The translations under genes and the position numbers were made by a program. From Macrostomum hystrix (taxonomy: Eukaryota > Animalia > Platyhelminthes), in NCBI GenBank assembly GCA_950097015.1, contig CATNEN010000007.1, positions 2,790,001 to 2,854,000 on the forward strand: 64,000 nucleotides of DNA, given 5' to 3'. Below, piece after piece: positions 58,401 through 64,000 of this stretch. A model generated the notes under the pieces. That model saw only the letters and a program-made list of their open reading frames with translations, was not told the DNA's origin and searched no databases. Each line of letters starts with the position of its first letter. Within the stretch, counting starts at the first letter, position 1.

Positions 58401-59721
58401 GACCGGCCGCGTTCTCATTGGACAGGGAGATTCGACTCAAGTATCTGCAGCCAAGGACCAACTATAAGGTGCTTGGGACAATGGAGTACTAAGTCTGTGA
58501 AGATAAGGGACAGACAGGAGTGCCAAGTTCGTAGAGTGAGGGCAGTGCCAAGTCCAGAGAGTGAGGGGAGTGCCAAGTTCGTAGAGTGAGGGGAGTGCCA
58601 AGTTCGTAGAGTGAGGGGAGTGCCAAGTCCAGAGAGTGAGGGGAGTGCCAAGTTCGTAGAGTGAGGGGAGTGCCAAGTTCGTAGAGTGAGGGGAGTGCCA
58701 AGTCCAGAGAGTGAGGGGAGTGCCAAGTCCAGAGAGTGAGGGGAGTGCCAAGTCCAGAGAGTGAGGGGAGTGCCAAGTCCAGAGAGTGAGGGAGTGCCAA
58801 GTCCAGAGAGTGAGGGGAGTGCCAAGTTCGTAGAGTGAGGGGAGTGCCAAGTCCAGAGAGTGAGGGCAGTGCCAAGTCCAGAGAGTGAGGGGAGTGCCAA
58901 GTCCAGAGAGTGAGGGGAGTGCCAAGTCCAGAGAGTGAGGGGAGTGCCAAGTCCAGAGAGTGAGGGGAGTGCCAAGTCCAGAGAGTGAGGGCAGTGCCAA
59001 GTCCAGACAGTGAGGGGAGTGCCAAGTTGTAAATAATCCAATAAGTCCCCGAAGAATAACCAAAAGCGGCTTAAAATAGCGAATCTAGCAGAAAAAAAGC
59101 ACTCGCACTCTTAACATCCTACTCACAGTAGAGACGAATGCGTGTCCCCTTTGTTGAATTCCCGCACAAAACTCGCGGCAGGTGTTCATCGTGGCCCGCA
59201 ATTTGGTGGGTAGCGGCGGTCGAGCAGAGATTAACTACACTACCGGTGACCTGGCACCGCCCGGCGACTTAAAGCTAGATGCGAAGTTTCTTAGCGACGA
59301 TCCAGACGGTCTGCTGATGCGGCTCAGCGTGCTGAACGACGGCGGCCTGCCCGTTGATCGCTACCGGGTCCGCCTGCGTCGGGTACGCGGCGACATCGAC
59401 CCGGACGGCCGACCGCGCGTTGTCGCCGCCCTGACCGGCTGGACCCCGCTGAATCCGTCAGCAGCCGCGGCGGCCGTCTCTACCGGGCGGCTGCGGCTGG
59501 ACAAACTGCAGCCGGGCACCTTCTACGAGGTGGAGATTCATGTGGGCAACCCGCTAGGCATGGCGGACAGGCCGAAGGTGCACGTGTTCCGCACAGCTGG
59601 CGAACCGCATCAGGTTAATGTGCTGGGAGTGCGGAATGCAGCCTGTTGTGGCTCCAGCTTTTACTGGCCAGTTGCTACGGCTTTGCTCTCTGCTCTGCTG
59701 ACTCATTTCACTCTCATTTAG
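49482..59721 (+). CDS. NCAM/Fasciclin-II-like adhesion protein: signal peptide, 5 Ig, 2 FN3, hydrophobic C-terminus (GPI-type); exons 49482-50085, 50412-50970, 55826-56070, 57831-58468, 59182-59721 (861 aa)
   Basis: Ig motifs [41 protein letters not shown] and [25 protein letters not shown]3 motifs [24 protein letters not shown] and [18 protein letters not shown]. Splice phases are consistent. Confidence 0.85.
50236..50312 (+). mobile_element. Degenerate SINE family C tRNA head
   Basis: TTGCAGCCCAGTGGTT..GAGGTCGGGAGTTCGATTCTC resembles the heads at 15222 (-) and 32910. Confidence 0.55.
51050..51790. repeat. 52-bp minisatellite in intron 2 of the Ig gene
   Basis: ATTAGCAGTTGCGGATTAAGTATCTGGAGGAAGGGAACAGTGAATTGGTTGG units. 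Confidence 0.95.
52545..52975. repeat. Degenerate about 35-bp minisatellite
   Basis: GAGTGAGAGGGAGTGGGTAATGACCCACTGTA units. Confidence 0.88.
55395..55690. repeat. 55-bp tandem repeat, about 5 copies
   Basis: TTTCGTCCCTCCCTAGATAGATAATGTACACCCACCCCAAACCCTCTTCGTCGG-like units. Confidence 0.92.
56835..57290. repeat. 15-bp pyrimidine-rich minisatellite
   Basis: CCATCTCCCTCCWTC units. The six-frame ORFs here are repeat translations. Confidence 0.94.
58515..59028. repeat. 25-bp minisatellite in intron 4 of the Ig gene
   Basis: GTGCCAAGTCCAGAGAGTGAGGGGA units. Confidence 0.95.
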
Positions 59722-59754
59722 TAAAGGTGTTTGTCTCGTAAAGCAGCGCTGATA

Positions 59755-60212
59755 GCCTGTTAGACCGGGCCTGTAACCTATTTAACCGGGTCTGGAACCT
59801 GATAGACCGGGTCTGTAACCTGATAGACCGGGTCTGTAACATGTTAGAGAGGGTCTGGAACCTGTTAGACCGGGTCTGTAACCTGTTAGACAGTGTTTGT
59901 AACCTGTTAGACCGGGTTTGTAACCTGTTAGACCGGGTCTAAAACCTGTTAGACCGGGTCTGTAACCTGTTAGACAGTGTTTGTAACCTGTTAGACCGGG
60001 TCTGTAACCTGTTAGACCGGGTCTGTAACCTGTTAGACAGGGTCTGTAACCTGTTAGACCGGGTCTGTAACCTGTTAGACCGGGTCTGTAACCTGTTAGA
60101 CCGGGTCTGTAACCTGTTAGACCGGGTCTGTAACCTGTTAGACCGGGTCTGTAACCTGTTAGACAGGATCAGTAACCTTTTATTTAAGGTCAGGGTCTGT
60201 AACCTGTTAAAC
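59755..60212. repeat. 21-bp minisatellite starting about 35 nt after the Ig gene stop
   Basis: GTAACCTGTTAGACCGGGTCT units. Confidence 0.95.
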
Positions 60213-60689
60213 AAGCAGCCACAGATATTTGCACACACTGTTCCATCACCCAAAGAATTGTTTTTTGAATAAGCTTCATTTAAACTAATCTTGATTATAA
60301 AACAGACTTTTTGTTATCTAAGAACATCGTTAAATTCCATTTCTGATACGTACGAGAGGGTGAACTGAGTTAAAAAGTTACAGTACACTCGTAAATCAAC
60401 TTGATAATTAGAAATCGTCTACATCACTTGACTTTTTCTAACTCACATCTAAAACATCCCCAGGTTCTGATATTCCAAAGCTTGATTGAGCAGTTCTTGT
60501 CAGCTTTTTTTCCTTACTTATTAGCAATAAGCCGCTTGTAATGTCTTCTATTAGCTATATTCTACTTTGCTATGGGTGTCTGTAAGAGATTTCCGCTCAC
60601 GAAATGAATTACTGAAGCACAGCAAACAATTTTTTCATTTTTGTGCATGTTCGTGACATGTTTAGTTCGTATTAAAAAGATACCAACGA

Positions 60690-61270
60690 AATAGACAAGT
60701 CACCAACCTGTTAGACAAGTCACGAACCTGTTAGACAAGTCACCAACCTGTTAGACAAGTCACCAACCTGTTAGACAAGTCACCAACCTGTCAGACAAGT
60801 CACCAACCTGTTAGACAAGTCACCAACCTGTTAGACAAGTCACCAACCTGTTAGACAAGTCACCAACCTGTCAGACAAGTCACCAACCTGTCAGACAAGT
60901 CACCAACCTGTTAGACAAGTCACCAACCTGTTAGACAAGTCACCAACCTGTTAGACAAGTCACCAACCTGTTAGACAAGTCACCAACCTGTCAGACAAGT
61001 CACCAACCTGTTAGACAAGTCACCAACCTGTCAGACAAGTCACCAACCTGTCAGACAAGTCACCAACCTGTTAGACAAGTCACCAACCTGTCAGACAAGT
61101 CACCAACCTGTTAGACAAGTCACCAACCTGTCAGACAAGTCACCAACCTGTCAGACAAGTCACCAACCTGTTAGACAAGTCACCAACCTGTTAGACAAGT
61201 CACCAACCTGTTAGACAAGTCACCAACCTGTTAGACAAGTCACCAACCTGTCAGACAAGTCACTCACCTG
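60690..61270. repeat. 20-bp minisatellite
   Basis: AGACAAGTCACCAACCTGTT units. Confidence 0.96.
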
Positions 61271-61969
61271 TTGTATCTATCTATTTTTTGTATCTATCAT
61301 ATTATTCAACTCATAGGCATAATTCAGTCGATCAACGAACTAAATGTGCATTTTACAAAAATGTTTAACAATCTAGTCACTCTACTGATAGTTTTTTTTA
61401 TCATAATTTCGCCATGATGAGGACAATATAAGCATATAAGCATATTGTATTAAGTGTTGTGCTTCGTGATAAATAACTAAAACATTTTAGTTATTTAAAC
61501 TTGCATTATTTTAATTTAGCTCTGCTCCTAGTTGTTTAAATTTTGCTTTTAGAATTCTATAATATTCCGCTATATTGCTACAGGTTGTTCTATACAGTAT
61601 ATTTTCATTGTCAGTAACTTATTCGAGACTTAAAACCCATTGTTACTCCAATCAACCAGTAATTTGTACTATTAAAGTGTAGTTAAAATTGCACATAACT
61701 GTTTCCATTTTGCTGTTTGCTAAATTTCTCAGCATAAAAATCTCATTGACACAACTTGCGAATCACGCCTGCACCAATGCATGCGGACACACTTGCTAAC
61801 ATGCTTTTCCTACACTTTTGTTAAGAAACAATTTCTAAAACTAGAGTTGAAACTAGCAAAATACAGGCTTGTCGTCATTTAGGTAAATCAAATTCATTTA
61901 TGATTAAACTATTTATAGTTTCTCTTGTGTTAAATTGACTTCATTCTTTAATAAGCATCTGAAATATGG

Positions 61970-62615
61970 CATCACAGCTGGATAGAACTAACTGACATAT
62001 CACAGATGGATAGAACTAACTGACCAATCACAGCTGGATAGAACTAACTGACCAATCACAGCTGGATAGAACTAACTGACCAATCACAGCTGGATAGAAC
62101 TAACTGACATATCACAGATGGATAGAACTAACTGAAATATCACAGATGGATAGAACTAACTGACCAATCACAGCTGGATAGAACCAACTGACCAATCACA
62201 GCTGGATAGAACTAACTGACCAATCACAGCTGGATAGAACTAACTGACCAATCACAGCTGGATAGAACTAACTGACCAATCACAGCTGGATATAACTAAC
62301 TGACCAATCACAGCTGGATAGAACTAACTGACCAATCACAGCTGGATAGAACTAACTGACATATCACAGATGGATAGAACTAACTGACCAATCACAGCTG
62401 GATAGAACCAACTGACCAATCACAGCTGGATAGAATTAACTGACCAATCACAGCTGGATAGAAATAATGACCAATCACAGCTGGATAGAAGTAACTGACC
62501 AATCACAGGAGAGAGAACTTACTGACCAATCACAGCTGGATATAACTTTCTGACCAATCATAGGAGAGAGAAGTGATCGACAAATCCCAACTGGGTAGAG
62601 CTAACTGACCAATCA
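61970..62615. repeat. 28-bp minisatellite carrying CCAAT and E-box motifs
   Basis: GATAGAACTAACTGACCAATCACAGCTG, about 22 copies. Confidence 0.95.
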
Positions 62616-63041
62616 CAGTTGAAATAAATTATAGATAACATACAGTCACTGGCATTTTAACATACAGTATTTGATAAAATACGTTTTTGAAGGAAAAATA
62701 AAAACATCTTTCTACTTATATTATGCTCTACTTTGAGTAGACCCAATGCGACACGTAACAAACAAGAGCTAAGAAAATGTTAATATCCATGAGGGGTATG
62801 TCTACTAGAGGCAATTAATTAAGTTTGCATTTTTCCTACCGCAGATGCCAATCGATTTTTTGGCTGTATTAGGAGAGCTATCGGACTGGCATTGCGGAAA
62901 GCTGCCCCCAGAGAGACACGAAGCACAGGGTGTATGAGAACTGGCTGTCACAGAATCGACAAAAATGGAGTTAAATGAGACAGCTCGGAACAGTGCAAGT
63001 TACTTGACAGCTGCATGTTGCACTTATAGTTGTGCCTGGAC

Positions 63042-63116
63042 TGCCTAAATTGCTCGTGACAAGCCGCGGATGCCCCAGATGAACGTGGCCTCGCCGCGGA
63101 ATCGAACTCACGGACT
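63042..63116 (-). mobile_element. SINE family A head fragment
   Basis: GTGAGTTCGATTCCGCGGCGAGGCCAC..CCGCGG..CTTGTCACGAGCAATTTAGGC aligns to the family A head and has an intact B box. Confidence 0.55.
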
Positions 63117-64000
63117 CTCCTGTTGTGTAAAAGCAGAGTTCCAGTTCAGAATACACCAAGAAACCAGCTTCAATACTAAAATGCTAGTTTATTCTTTTCG
63201 CAGGACATGGGAACTCACAGAAGTCCCGAGTCCCAATCCATGACAAGCAGGAAAAAACTTGTAAGTATCAAATTAGTCCGCGATATTACTCCTATAACAG
63301 TGTTTACTCGTAAAAGTAAATCAGTAGGACTAAATTGGAGTTAACGACAATGCAATTCCGCAAGCAGCCAGTTCTTTAATCTAGCCGCGGCTTATTGAGC
63401 AAATCGAGTTCAAAACTGAGATTGAGCATGAGCACTCTGAGCCGCTTGAGCAGTTTCTGAAAATTTTCTTCGCTCCGGTGACAATTATTTCAAATCGATT
63501 GTCAGTTTAATTCCAAAAACTGTAATCAAATTTATGAGCAGTTTAATTAGTCACCGACAAAAATTTTTCTGATGAATGTTCAAGGTCAACTTAATGACTT
63601 AGGACCGGAAACGAGCCAATTCATGGCGAAAAAAGCATATGAGGCTCGTTTAAAAGCATTGTTCTATGGCCAATCCGTATGCGCATGCTTTCAGTTGCCA
63701 ATGTATACTCGTATCATATTTGACTTTTTGATAGGCAGTCAGAAGGCGGGTGCAGGGTCGGTTTTCTTAAATGTTGAATAGTTTTATTACATAAAGTAAA
63801 CGCGGTGAAAATACACAATGGGAAAGCTGTACATGCAGCACATGTATAAGGGCGAAGGAGCGGTCTTTGTTCCTCGTTGAACATAACCCTTGAAGAAACA
63901 GTTGGTGAGGCGCACGCAGCAATCCCAGAACATCTGCTTCAGGGAAGTAAAACTCGCCAACGGCAGCAAATAATTTCCGCACTCGCAAAGCACAGGACGG

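Noticed and set aside
56756-59063. ORFs such as PSPS/GDGME (56.8-57.4 kb) and LWTWHSPHS (58.4-59.1 kb)
   Set aside because: Translations of intronic 15-bp and 25-bp minisatellites.
28340-63600. CTGATGA motifs (about 28347, 32938, 52061, 63568) as hammerhead ribozyme cores
   Set aside because: None has a stem II followed by GAAA in the required arrangement.
63560-64000. Short ORFs at the window end on both strands
   Set aside because: No recognisable domain or splice chain; may belong to a feature continuing outside the window.

Overview
Eukaryotic (animal) genomic DNA. GC-rich, Ala-rich exons are separated by GT-AG introns and spacers packed with unrelated minisatellites, roughly a third of the window. 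The style resembles the flatworm Macrostomum (inference only). Genes reconstructed by hand with phase-consistent splice sites: last exon of MEGF8 (+), WRAP73/WDR8 (+, 4 exons), an intronless RING-CH/MARCH-type multi-pass E3 ligase (+), a bacterial-chitobiase-type GH20 hexosaminidase with a C-terminal TM helix (+, 8 exons), an unknown disordered protein with WH2/DFRxxL-like motifs (+), a small putative palmitoylated Tyr-motif adaptor (-), transketolase (-, 7 exons) and an NCAM/Fasciclin-II-like 5xIg + 2xFN3 GPI-type protein (+, 5 exons). The standout is a complete, intact single-ORF APE-RT-RNaseH (Ingi-like) non-LTR retrotransposon inserted antisense 5 nt upstream of a WRAP73 splice acceptor. 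It has a 13-bp TSD, a (GAA)n tail and a fully foldable HDV-like ribozyme whose predicted cleavage site coincides with the element's 5' end. Also present: two tRNA-derived SINE families (one copy with a 9x amplified B-box unit), TTAA-flanked CAGTA-ended MITEs, a frameshifted caspase relic, a duplicated TKT first exon and a duplicated CArG/AP-1 module. No rRNA, true tRNA or CRISPR array was found. All homology calls are from recognition of motifs, not database searches.
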